44,651 bases of DNA, taken from positions 1-44,651 of the forward strand of contig JAKDMP010000002.1 in the NCBI GenBank assembly GCA_030452225.1, given 5' to 3'. Made by a program: the position numbers and the translations under genes. How positions within the stretch are numbered: the first letter of the stretch is position 1; every line of letters starts with the position of its first letter. The notes beneath the pieces are model-generated. The model searched no databases, was not told the DNA's origin, and saw nothing but the letters and a program-made list of their open reading frames with translations. This document shows positions 33,498 through 42,045 of this stretch, piece after piece. Origin of the DNA: Gammaproteobacteria bacterium. Lineage in GTDB: Bacteria; Pseudomonadota; Gammaproteobacteria; JAKDMP01.

Positions 33498-33964
33498 CTC
33501 CACGGCGTCAACGCACGCTGGTCGTTATCGGCATTCTCGTGGGCGCCGGAATCGGCACGGCCGTGGCCCTTACCGCCTTCAGCGGGAACCTCCTTTATTA
33601 CTACACGCCGACTCAGGCGTTGAGCAAAAACCTCGGCCCGAAGGACGTATTCCGGCTCGGCGGCCTGGTCGAGAAGGGCACGGTCGAACGCAAGGCGGGC
33701 TCGCTCACCATCCGTTTTATCGTCACCGACAACCGCAACAGCATTCCGGTCGTGTTTACCGGCATTTTGCCCAACTTGTTCCGCGCCGGCCAGGGCGTGA
33801 TCGTCAATGGGCACATGTCGAACCGGGGCGTGTTTGTCGCCAACCAGGTGCTGGCCAAACACGATTCGGACTACATGCCGCTCAAGTTGTACAACAAGGA
33901 GAACGGCACCCGTTACACCGAACCGGGCCAGATGAACCGGGGCGCAGGCTACGGTGGCCCCTGA
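33494..33964 (+). CDS. ccmE: cytochrome c-type biogenesis heme chaperone CcmE
   Basis: A membrane anchor plus OB fold with the heme-binding LAKHDSDYMP (HxxxY) motif. ATGA overlap with ccmD. Confidence 0.93.
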   Translation: MTPRRQRTLVVIGILVGAGIGTAVALTAFSGNLLYYYTPTQALSKNLGPKDVFRLGGLVEKGTVERKAGSLTIRFIVTDNRNSIPVVFTGILPNLFRAGQGVIVNGHMSNRGVFVANQVLAKHDSDYMPLKLYNKENGTRYTEPGQMNRGAGYGGP

Positions 33965-35897
33965 ACTCGGCGAGTTTGCGCTGGTTCTCGCCCTGGCCCT
34001 CGCCGCCCTGCAGGCAATCGCCGGGCTGGCGGGCCCTTGGCGTGGCGGCGAGAAACTCATGGCGCTCGCACGCCCGGCCGCGTGGACGCAATTGTTGGCG
34101 GTGGCGGTCGCCTTCGGCTGCCTGACGTACTCTTTCGTCACCACCGATCTGACCGTTCGATACGTCGCCGAAAACGCCAACGCCGCCATGCCGCTGCTGT
34201 ACAAGTTCACCGGCGTGTGGGGCGCGCATGCGGGCTCGCTCCTGCTGTGGATCCTGATTCTCGCCTTCTGGGGCGGGGCGGTGGCGTTGTTCAGCCGCCG
34301 CCTGCCGCGGGTTTTTGCACTGCGCGTCATCGGCGTGATGGGCCTTGTCAGTCTCGGTTTCATCGCCTTCAGCCTGTTTCTCTCCGATCCCTTCATCCGC
34401 GCACTGCCGCCGCCGCCGAGCGGCGCCGACCTCAACCCGATCCTGCAGGATCCGTTGCTGGCCCTGCATCCGCCGATGCTCTACATGGGCTACGTCGGCT
34501 TTTCGGTTGCCTTCGCCTTTGCCATTGCGGCGATGATCGGCGGGCGCATGGACGCCGCCTGGGCGCGCTGGACGCGACCCTGGACGCTGGCGGCCTGGCT
34601 GTTTCTGACCCTCGGCATCACCGCCGGCAGCTTCTGGTCGTACTACGAGCTGGGCTGGGGCGGCTGGTGGTTCTGGGATCCGGTGGAAAACGCCTCGTTC
34701 ATGCCGTGGCTGGTGGGGACGGCGCTGATTCACTCCCTGGTCGTGACCGAAAAGCGCGGCGCCTTCAAGGGCTGGACGGCGTTGCTGGCCATTTTCGCTT
34801 TCTCCCTGTCGCTGCTGGGCACTTTCCTCGTGCGTTCGGGCGTGCTGGTCTCGGTGCATGCCTTTGCCATCGATCCGCGCCGCGGCATCTACGTACTCGC
34901 ATTACTGGCCGTGGCGATCGGCGGCGGGCTTGCCCTGTATGCTTGGCGCGCACGGCGCCTGGCCGCCACCGGCGGCGGATTCGGCCTGTTGTCGCGCGAA
35001 ACGATGATCGTCGTGAACAATGTGCTGCTGGTCGTGGCCTGTGCCGCCGTGCTGCTGGGCACGCTTTATCCGCTCTTTTACGGGGTGCTCACCGGCGGGC
35101 GCCTTTCGGTCGGTCCTCCCTATTTCAACAAGGTGTTCATCCCGCTGATGGTCGCGATGTTCGTCTTCATCGGGCTCGCCCCCAGCGTGCGTTGGCGGCG
35201 CGGTAATTGGCGCGAACTCGGGCGCCGCCTCCTGTGGCCGTTCGTGATCGCGCTGGTGCTTGCGATCATCGTCGGCGCGGTCACCTGGAATGGCGGCTCG
35301 ATGGTGTTGGTGGCGGGGGTGGCGCTGGCGTTGTGGATCATGGTGAGTGCCTTGGCGGAACTGGCGCGCCGCATCATCCAGGCGCCGGCGGGGCGGCGAT
35401 TGCGGCTGTCGCGCGCGGCCTGGGGCATGACGTTCGCTCATTTCGGCGCCGGCGTGGCGGTGCTGGGCATCGTGGTGTCGAGCCTGCTCTCGAGCTATCT
35501 CAACACCAGCCTCACGCCGGGGCAGAGCGCGGAAGTCGGCGGTTACCGCTTCGTGTTTGCCGATGCGCGCCGCATCACCGGCCCGAACTACCGCGGCGAG
35601 CAGGGTGTTTTCCATGTTTTCGAGGATGGCCAAAGGGTTGCGGTGCTGCGGCCCGAATCGCGGGTGTACCTGCAAGGCATGCCTACCAGCGAATCGTCGA
35701 TCAGCTGGAAGCCGACCCACGACATCTACGTAGCCATGGGTCAGGCAGTCGGCGAACATGCCTGGAGCTTTCGCCTGCAGGTGCGGCCTTTCGTGCGATT
35801 CATCTGGTTCGGCGGCATTCTGATGGCCTTCGGCGGCGTGTTGGCGCTTGCCGATCCGCGTTATCGCCGCCGCAAAACCGGGGGCGGCGGGCCGTGA
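33954..35897 (+). CDS. ccmF: cytochrome c heme lyase subunit CcmF
   Basis: The 647-aa polytopic protein carries the WWD motif WGGWWFWDPVENASFMPW. Confidence 0.95.
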   Translation: MAPELGEFALVLALALAALQAIAGLAGPWRGGEKLMALARPAAWTQLLAVAVAFGCLTYSFVTTDLTVRYVAENANAAMPLLYKFTGVWGAHAGSLLLWILILAFWGGAVALFSRRLPRVFALRVIGVMGLVSLGFIAFSLFLSDPFIRALPPPPSGADLNPILQDPLLALHPPMLYMGYVGFSVAFAFAIAAMIGGRMDAAWARWTRPWTLAAWLFLTLGITAGSFWSYYELGWGGWWFWDPVENASFMPWLVGTALIHSLVVTEKRGAFKGWTALLAIFAFSLSLLGTFLVRSGVLVSVHAFAIDPRRGIYVLALLAVAIGGGLALYAWRARRLAATGGGFGLLSRETMIVVNNVLLVVACAAVLLGTLYPLFYGVLTGGRLSVGPPYFNKVFIPLMVAMFVFIGLAPSVRWRRGNWRELGRRLLWPFVIALVLAIIVGAVTWNGGSMVLVAGVALALWIMVSALAELARRIIQAPAGRRLRLSRAAWGMTFAHFGAGVAVLGIVVSSLLSSYLNTSLTPGQSAEVGGYRFVFADARRITGPNYRGEQGVFHVFEDGQRVAVLRPESRVYLQGMPTSESSISWKPTHDIYVAMGQAVGEHAWSFRLQVRPFVRFIWFGGILMAFGGVLALADPRYRRRKTGGGGP

Positions 35898-36433
35898 AGC
35901 GCAAGTTCGTCTGGGCGGTGATTCCGCTGCTGGTTCTGGCCGTCCTGGTGGCCGTGTTTGCCTTCGGGATCGACCGCGATCCGCGCGCCATCCCCTCGCC
36001 GCTGATCGGTCAGCCGGTGCCGGCGTTCAGTCTGTCCACCCTGAATGCCCCGGATGCGATCGTGACTTCCGCGGAGTTGCCGCACAGGGTTTTGTTGATC
36101 AACGTTTTTGCGAGCTGGTGCGCCTCCTGCACCGTGGAAAGCGAGGCGCTCGACTGGCTGGCGAAGCAGGGCGTCCTCATTTACGGCCTGGATTATTCCG
36201 ACCGGCGCGATTATGCGCGCGCCTGGCTCGAGGATTGGGGCAATCCTTACGAGAAGGTGCTTTTCGATCCCCAGGGCGAAGCGGCGGTGGCCTTCGGTAT
36301 CTACGGGGTGCCGGAAACCTTCGTGGTCGATGCGAGCGGGCGCGTTCGTCACAAGTTCACGGGCGCCATCAGCGTCGAAGCCGCCAAAAAGAAGGTGCTG
36401 CCGCTGGTTCGCAAACTCGAGGCGGAATCGTGA
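35894..36433 (+). CDS. ccmG: periplasmic thiol:disulfide oxidoreductase CcmG/DsbE
   Basis: An N-terminal anchor and a thioredoxin fold with WCASC and GVPETFVVD. The GTG overlaps the ccmF stop (GTGA). Confidence 0.92.
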   Translation: MKRKFVWAVIPLLVLAVLVAVFAFGIDRDPRAIPSPLIGQPVPAFSLSTLNAPDAIVTSAELPHRVLLINVFASWCASCTVESEALDWLAKQGVLIYGLDYSDRRDYARAWLEDWGNPYEKVLFDPQGEAAVAFGIYGVPETFVVDASGRVRHKFTGAISVEAAKKKVLPLVRKLEAES

Positions 36434-36443
36434 GGAGATGGCC

Positions 36444-36464
36444 GGGACTCGGGACTCGGGACTC
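36444..36464. repeat. tandem heptamer (GGGACTC)x3 in the ccmG-ccmH spacer, followed by related CCGGGA(G/C)C quasi-repeats
   Basis: Read directly from gccGGGACTCGGGACTCGGGACTCggggccgggagcccgggaccgg. Confidence 0.8.
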
Positions 36465-36495
36465 GGGGCCGGGAGCCCGGGACCGGAGCCCCGGG

Positions 36496-36945
36496 ATGTG
36501 GCGCGCCGGGATGGTGTTTGTCGCGGTGGCGATGTTCCTCTCCATGGCTTCACCATCGTTGGCCGTGGCCGCTGCGAAGGGACCGCATAGCTTGCCGCCC
36601 GAACTGCAGGCGCGCTACCAGCAGCTCACCGGCGAATTGCGCTGCCCGGTGTGCCAGAATGAAACGATCGCGGTGTCGCAATCGAGGATCGCCGCGGATC
36701 TGCGCCGCATCGTGCGTGAAAGACTCCTGGCCGGCGACAGCAACTGGCAGATACGCGATTACATGATCTCCCGCTACGGCCTGTTTGCCGTCTATGATCC
36801 ACCGGTCGTAGCAAGCACCTGGCTGCTCTGGTTCGGCCCCTTGATCCTGCTCGCGATTGCCGCCGCGGTGGCGTTCGCGGCCTTGCGTCGCCGTCGGCGG
36901 CTGCTCGCCTCGTCCGACGATGCCGAACGCGTGTCCCGTTCATGA
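36496..36945 (+). CDS. ccmH: cytochrome c-type biogenesis protein CcmH (CycL-type)
   Basis: A signal/anchor followed by the LRCPVCQNETIAVS redox motif and a C-terminal TM helix. ATG 36496 is used, with ATG 36511 as an alternative. Confidence 0.9.
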   Translation: MWRAGMVFVAVAMFLSMASPSLAVAAAKGPHSLPPELQARYQQLTGELRCPVCQNETIAVSQSRIAADLRRIVRERLLAGDSNWQIRDYMISRYGLFAVYDPPVVASTWLLWFGPLILLAIAAAVAFAALRRRRRLLASSDDAERVSRS

Positions 36946-38102
36946 CGTTCATCATTGCGGCGGGGCTGTTGCTGCTCATCGTGCTGGCAGCGCTCTTCTG
37001 GACGGCGCTGCGCAAGCCGCGTGCAACACTCAAGGAAGACCTTTCCGCCAGGCTGCGCGCCGAGTTGTCGGATGACGTGTCGGCCGGCGTGCTTTCGGCC
37101 GGGGACCTGCCTTCGGCCGCATCCGATATCGATGTCGAATCGCGGCCGGAGAAAGCAGGCGAACGGGGCGGCCGGCGCGGTCCGTGGTGGCTGTTGATCG
37201 TGCTGGTGGCTGTCGCGGCGGGCGCGATCTATTGGCAAACCGGCAACTGGCGCGCGGCCATCTACGGCGACCGCGCCGCGGTGATGCAGCGTGCCGAAGC
37301 CATGCTTGCCCAACTCGAGGCGCATCTTGCGGCACATCCCGATGACAAGCAGGGCTGGGTCACGCTGGGACGGGCAAAAAGCGCCATGGGCCATTACGCG
37401 GCCGCGGCGCACGCCTACGGCCGCGCCGTACGACTCGACCAGGCGCGCAGTCCGCAACTCCTGGCACGCTGGGGCGAGGCGATGATCCTTGCCGACCCCG
37501 GCCACCTCACGCAACAGGAGCGCCGCATTTTTTCGGCGGTGCTCCAGGCGTCGCCCGACAGCATTCGCGGGCTCTGGTATGGCGGCATGCTCGCGCTCGA
37601 CGCCGGTCGCCGCGACCTTGCCGTCGCGCGCTGGCGGCGATTGGTCCATCAGGATATTCCGGCTCCCATGCGTGCATTCGTGCGCAGCCGTCTGGCCGCC
37701 CTCGGAGCCGCCCCGGCGGCCGGCAACCTGCCGGGCGCAGCGCCGGCGCCGCGCATCGACCTTGCGATTACGCTTTCACCGCAGCTTGCCGCTCAACTCC
37801 AATCGGGCGTCGCCCTGTTTGTGTATGTACGTGCGCCATCCGGCGGCCCGCCCCTGGCGGCGCAGCGTGTGTCCCCCGACAAGTTTCCGCTGCATGTGAC
37901 GCTCAACGCCGAGGACGCCATGCTCGCGCATCGAAGCCTTGCCGCGATGGTCGGCAAGCAGGTGGTAGTCGGCGTTTTTCTGAGCAAGAGCGGCACAGTG
38001 ACTTCCGCTGCGCGTGGGCCGCAAGCCTCCAGGCTGATCACGCTTCAACCCGGCGCCAATGCCGTCACCCTTGTCCTGGCGCCCGCCGCCACGAGGAAGT
38101 AG
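36942..38102 (+). CDS. ccmI: c-type cytochrome biogenesis protein CcmI (CycH; TPR)
   Basis: Two N-terminal TM segments are followed by TPR-like repeats (GWVTLGRAKSAMGHYAAAAHAYGRAVRLD). ATGA overlap with ccmH. Confidence 0.85.
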   Translation: MTFIIAAGLLLLIVLAALFWTALRKPRATLKEDLSARLRAELSDDVSAGVLSAGDLPSAASDIDVESRPEKAGERGGRRGPWWLLIVLVAVAAGAIYWQTGNWRAAIYGDRAAVMQRAEAMLAQLEAHLAAHPDDKQGWVTLGRAKSAMGHYAAAAHAYGRAVRLDQARSPQLLARWGEAMILADPGHLTQQERRIFSAVLQASPDSIRGLWYGGMLALDAGRRDLAVARWRRLVHQDIPAPMRAFVRSRLAALGAAPAAGNLPGAAPAPRIDLAITLSPQLAAQLQSGVALFVYVRAPSGGPPLAAQRVSPDKFPLHVTLNAEDAMLAHRSLAAMVGKQVVVGVFLSKSGTVTSAARGPQASRLITLQPGANAVTLVLAPAATRK

Positions 38103-38148
38103 CCGGCCGGCCGCCTGGCCGCGCCAGCGGTCGATGGCGGGAATGCCG

Positions 38149-39693
38149 TCAGGAAGGGCCGGGCTCCCCGGGCTTCGGACGAATGATGCCCATGTCCACG
38201 GCGCGATCGTATTCTTCTTTCACTTGCTTCTTCATGTCCTCCATTTGCTGACGGAGAACCACAGGAACGTCGTCCAGTTCGAGTCCGAATCGCAACTGGA
38301 TGGAGGCGGAGCGGTACTGGCCGCGGCCGAGAAAGTAGTGCGCCATGGCGTAGTAGGCGAGGGCGGCTCGCCCGGCGTTGTCGGCGGCCTTGGCGAGCAA
38401 CTGATCGAACTCCGGATTGTAGCGATAGCTCCTGTCGTGCAGTCCGGGCGACAGCAGGGCGACGACTTCCTTTGCCTGTCCGGCGCGCATGAGGGCCTGC
38501 GCGTACGCCAGCGTGACGGCCGGGCTGGAAGGGAACAGGATGTTGTAATCGGACAAGGCCTCGAGCCCCGCCTGGTTCTGTCCCGCCGCGAGCAGCGTTT
38601 CGGCCCACGCGAGCTGCAGGGCAACATTGTTGGGATGCGATTGCGCCAGGGGTTTGATGAGCTTCAAGGCGCGCTCGCCCTCGCCCAGCCGGTTGAGGCT
38701 GAGTACCATGCCGTACGTGGCCGCGGCCCGGTACCAGGGGTCGTCGAGCGAATTTCTCCGTGCCTCGAAGTAGTCCAGTGTTTGCGCCATGTCATCCGAC
38801 ACCAGCACGCGCAGTCGGGCGCGCATCAGGGCATAGTTCGGGTTTGCGGGCCGGAGCGTGACATGCATGCTCTTCGCCCGCATCTGGGCCTCGGTGATGC
38901 GGGTCAGGTCCAGCGGATGGGTGCTCAGGAACTCGGGGGTGTTGTAGCCCTGCATGGCGTAATTGCGCTGCATGTACTGGAAAAAGCCGATCATTCCCTT
39001 CGGATCGAAGCCGGCGCGGGCGAGTATGCCGATGCCGACGCGATCGGCCTCGAATTCATCGGCGCGCGTGTAGTTGATTTGCCGTTGGATGATGCCGCCC
39101 TGCGCGGCGATGACCGCGCCGATCCCCGCGCCGGCGGCCGCTGCAATCAGTCCCCCGAGGAGAATGCCCAGGTTGACCAGGGTGTTGTAGGTCGCGTCGG
39201 CCATCCTCCGGGCGGTGTGGCGCTGCACGATGTGGGCCGTTTCGTGAGCCATGACGCCGGCGAGTTCGTCCTCGTTGCGGGTGATCAGGATCAAGCGGCT
39301 GAAAACGGCAATGTAGGCGCCGGGCAGGGCGAAGGCATTGATCACGGGTGCCTTGAGAGCGAAGTAGTGAAAGGGCTCTCCGGGCGAATCCGCCGCCGAG
39401 GAAAGCTGATGGCCGAGATAGTTGACGTAATGCGCCACGAGAGGGTCGTTGATCACGACTTCCGCGCCCTGGAGTTCACGGTAGATGGTTTGGCCGATGA
39501 ACTGGGCTTTCCACAGGGGCAGCGCGGCACCGCCGGCGAGGCCGAGCTTCGGCAGATTGAAGTCCGAGGTCGAGGCGCCGGCAACGGAACTGCTCACGGC
39601 GCCGGGTGCCGGTTGCGCCAGGGATGCGGCAAGCCCGGGCAGGGTTCCGATCAGAAAGGCCAGTAAAAAGTAGAGAACACGCATGGGCTGCAT
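38149..39693 (-). CDS. M48-family metalloprotease with C-terminal TPR domain (BepA/YfgC-like)
   Basis: A signal peptide, the HETAHIVQRH zinc motif, the downstream EFEADRVG glutamate and a TPR-like C-terminal half. Confidence 0.85.
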   Translation of the reverse strand: MQPMRVLYFLLAFLIGTLPGLAASLAQPAPGAVSSSVAGASTSDFNLPKLGLAGGAALPLWKAQFIGQTIYRELQGAEVVINDPLVAHYVNYLGHQLSSAADSPGEPFHYFALKAPVINAFALPGAYIAVFSRLILITRNEDELAGVMAHETAHIVQRHTARRMADATYNTLVNLGILLGGLIAAAAGAGIGAVIAAQGGIIQRQINYTRADEFEADRVGIGILARAGFDPKGMIGFFQYMQRNYAMQGYNTPEFLSTHPLDLTRITEAQMRAKSMHVTLRPANPNYALMRARLRVLVSDDMAQTLDYFEARRNSLDDPWYRAAATYGMVLSLNRLGEGERALKLIKPLAQSHPNNVALQLAWAETLLAAGQNQAGLEALSDYNILFPSSPAVTLAYAQALMRAGQAKEVVALLSPGLHDRSYRYNPEFDQLLAKAADNAGRAALAYYAMAHYFLGRGQYRSASIQLRFGLELDDVPVVLRQQMEDMKKQVKEEYDRAVDMGIIRPKPGEPGPS

Positions 39694-39732
39694 CGGTAAT
39701 CGCTATGCCCTCTGACAGGCAGTGCGTTGATT

Positions 39733-40518
39733 TTACGCCCCGGATCGGCCTGATTGCCTGCTTTGCGCCCCCTTGTTTGCGCGCAAACCGCGCGGCAGCT
39801 TGCCGCGCGCGGCCTGCCAGGCACGCAGGGTGTCCAGCCGCTGCTTGCCCGGTCCGGTCGCCCGTCCTGGTGCAGGACGCTGAGCCTGATGCCAGGCGAG
39901 CGCTGCGAGTACGCGAATGGCCGCCGCGCTCGTGGTCAAACGCCCGCGCGCGTCCGTGAGATCCTTGCGCACGCTTGCGGCCAGCTCGGCGCTCAACGCT
40001 TCCCCCGGCGGCCAGCGCAGCAGACGCGCCAGGGCAATGCCCCTTCCCATCGGGCAATCGGTCAGATCGTCGCTTCCCCGATCGGCGGCTTCGAGCCGCA
40101 CGTTGAGGGCGGCGATGAGTTGTGCGCCGCCGCGTTCGCTGCAAACGCGGGCGGTGGCAGGATCGCGCGGCCGCCCCTCGAGCAGGTTCAACTCCATGCC
40201 GGTGACCAGGTCCAGCAAGTGTTGCATCGTCCGGGTGACGTTGGCCGTGGCCAGGAGTTTGGTGGCCGGATGCGCGGGTTCGCCCATTTCGAGCCGGCCC
40301 AGTTCGTCGCGCCACCAGGCGAGTTTCATGCGCGCGACATTCAGGTCGCGAGGTTGATCGATGATGGACTCGAACTCCACGTACAGGGCGCCGATCGCCG
40401 TGGTCCGGGCCCGCAATGCGGGCGGGCTGAACAGGCGCGCCAAATGCAGGGGTTCTCCGCGCCGCAGCAGCCGCTCTTCGCACCAGGCAACGGCGGCGAA
40501 ATTCAGGTTGGAAGTCAT
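39733..40518 (-). CDS. squalene/phytoene synthase family-like protein with degenerate Asp-rich motifs
   Basis: The family-typical MKLAWWRDEL block is present. The position of the first DxxxD motif reads YVEFESIID. The ATG overlaps the upstream HAD gene stop (ATGA). The ORF-track N-terminal extension was trimmed. Confidence 0.5.
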   Translation of the reverse strand: MTSNLNFAAVAWCEERLLRRGEPLHLARLFSPPALRARTTAIGALYVEFESIIDQPRDLNVARMKLAWWRDELGRLEMGEPAHPATKLLATANVTRTMQHLLDLVTGMELNLLEGRPRDPATARVCSERGGAQLIAALNVRLEAADRGSDDLTDCPMGRGIALARLLRWPPGEALSAELAASVRKDLTDARGRLTTSAAAIRVLAALAWHQAQRPAPGRATGPGKQRLDTLRAWQAARGKLPRGLRANKGAQSRQSGRSGA

Positions 40519-41198
40519 ACCGCGTCGCGGTCCGCGCCGGCAGGCAGCCCGAGGAGCCGCGCGAGTTCCCCGGCATCGGCGGCGTAACCGGCTTCGCCCC
40601 AACTGCAAACCTCGGCGCGTTCCGGTGCATAACCGTAGCCCGCCACGATCAAGGGCATGCCGGCGGCGCGCGCCGCCTCGGCATCGATCCTGGCATCGCC
40701 GACATAAACCGCCTCGCGGGGCGAGACCTGCGCTTTGCTGCATGCCTGCACAAGCGGCAAGGGGTCCGGTTTCCTGCGGGCGTAGCTGTCGCCGCCGATG
40801 GTGCAGACGGGATGGGAGGGGAGAGCCAGCGAGGCTACAATCGGCGCGACGAGCGATGCGGGCTTGTTGCTGACTATGCCCCAGAGACGATGCTCCGTAT
40901 CGAGTTGCGCCAGCACGGCTGCGAGGCCCGGGAAAAGGGCCGTATGTACCGCGGGCGACTCGGCGTAGTAGTTGAAAAGCCGGTGCTGCAACTTCGCAAG
41001 TTCCTCCTCATCGGGAACGCTGTCGAACCCGCTGCGCAGGAGGTGGCGCGCGCCGCTGGAAACCCTGGCGCGCACGTGGGCGACCGAAAGCGGCGGTCGG
41101 CCGGCTTCGGCCAGCACCCGGTTGGTGACGAGGGCAATATCGGCGGCCGTATCGGCCAGCGTGCCGTCGAGGTCGAACAGAACCAATCGCGGTGTCAT
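40515..41198 (-). CDS. gph: HAD-IA phosphatase (phosphoglycolate phosphatase Gph-like; could equally be MupP-type MurNAc-6-P phosphatase)
   Basis: LVLFDLDGTLADT is HAD motif I, IVSNK motif II and YVGDARIDAEAA motif III. A GAGG SD precedes ATG 41198. The position after ubiG resembles the Pseudomonas ubiG-mupP arrangement (from memory). Confidence 0.8.
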   Translation of the reverse strand: MTPRLVLFDLDGTLADTAADIALVTNRVLAEAGRPPLSVAHVRARVSSGARHLLRSGFDSVPDEEELAKLQHRLFNYYAESPAVHTALFPGLAAVLAQLDTEHRLWGIVSNKPASLVAPIVASLALPSHPVCTIGGDSYARRKPDPLPLVQACSKAQVSPREAVYVGDARIDAEAARAAGMPLIVAGYGYAPERAEVCSWGEAGYAADAGELARLLGLPAGADRDAV

Positions 41199-41331
41199 CG
41201 CCTCACCTTGTTGTCCACGCAAGCGCTGCGTACGCAGCTACAAGGCCGCAGATCGTTGCCGGCAGGGTCGCCGGAAACGCTGTGCTTGTTCCGCCCGGCA
41301 TGCCATGCCGATGCACACGGCAGGGCATGGG

Positions 41332-42045
41332 TCACGGCGAGTGCGCGCGGCGGTAGGCGGCCAGGTAATGGATGGAGGTGTCATCGGCCAGGCTGGCGGA
41401 GGCGCGAATCGGGTTGTAGGCGAGCCCGCGGGTTTCGATCGGCTCCAGCCAGGATTGCCGCGCCCAGCGGTCGAGTTCGGAAGGGCGGATGAAGCGGGCG
41501 TAATCATGGGTGCCGCGCGGCACCAGGCGCGCCACGTATTCGGCGGCGACGATGGCAAACAGCCAGGCCCTGGGCGTGCGGTTCAGGGTCGAGAACAGGA
41601 CGACGCCGCCGGGATTCAGCAGGGCCGCGCAGGCGGCAACGATCGAGTCGGGCCGCGGCACATGCTCGAGCAGTTCCATGCAGGTGACGACGCCGAAACC
41701 GCCGGGCCGCTCCGCCGCCAGGGTTTCCACGGAAGTTTCCAGGTAATCGACGTGATGGCCGGATTCAAGGCCGTGCAGGCGCGCGACCTCGAGCAGTTCC
41801 GGGGCGAGATCGATGCCTGTGACGTGTGCACCTTCCGCTGCCAGCGCCTCGGAGAGAATCCCACCGCCGCAGCCGATGTCGGCAACGCCTGCTCCGGCGA
41901 GCATGGCATGCCGGCGCACGAAGTCCAGGCGCGCCGGGTTGATGTGATGCAGCGTGCGAAACTCGCCGTCCGGATCCCACCAGCGCGAGGCGAGCGCCCC
42001 GAAGCGGCCGAGTTCGGCCGGATCCGCGTTCCCGGTTTCAGTCAT
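41332..42045 (-). CDS. ubiG: ubiquinone biosynthesis O-methyltransferase UbiG
   Basis: ELGRFGALASRWWDPDGEFRTLHHINPARLDF and the SAM motif VADIGCGGGILSEALA match UbiG. The start overlaps the mtaD 3' end by 8 nt. Confidence 0.92.
   Translation of the reverse strand: MTETGNADPAELGRFGALASRWWDPDGEFRTLHHINPARLDFVRRHAMLAGAGVADIGCGGGILSEALAAEGAHVTGIDLAPELLEVARLHGLESGHHVDYLETSVETLAAERPGGFGVVTCMELLEHVPRPDSIVAACAALLNPGGVVLFSTLNRTPRAWLFAIVAAEYVARLVPRGTHDYARFIRPSELDRWARQSWLEPIETRGLAYNPIRASASLADDTSIHYLAAYRRAHSP

Noticed and set aside
36438-36590. ATG at 36438 directly after GAGGAG in the ccmG-ccmH spacer opens a 50-codon frame across the heptamer repeat.
   Set aside because: The SD abuts the ATG with no spacing, the frame is out of register with ccmH, and the product (EEMAGTRDSGLGAGSPG...) looks non-coding.
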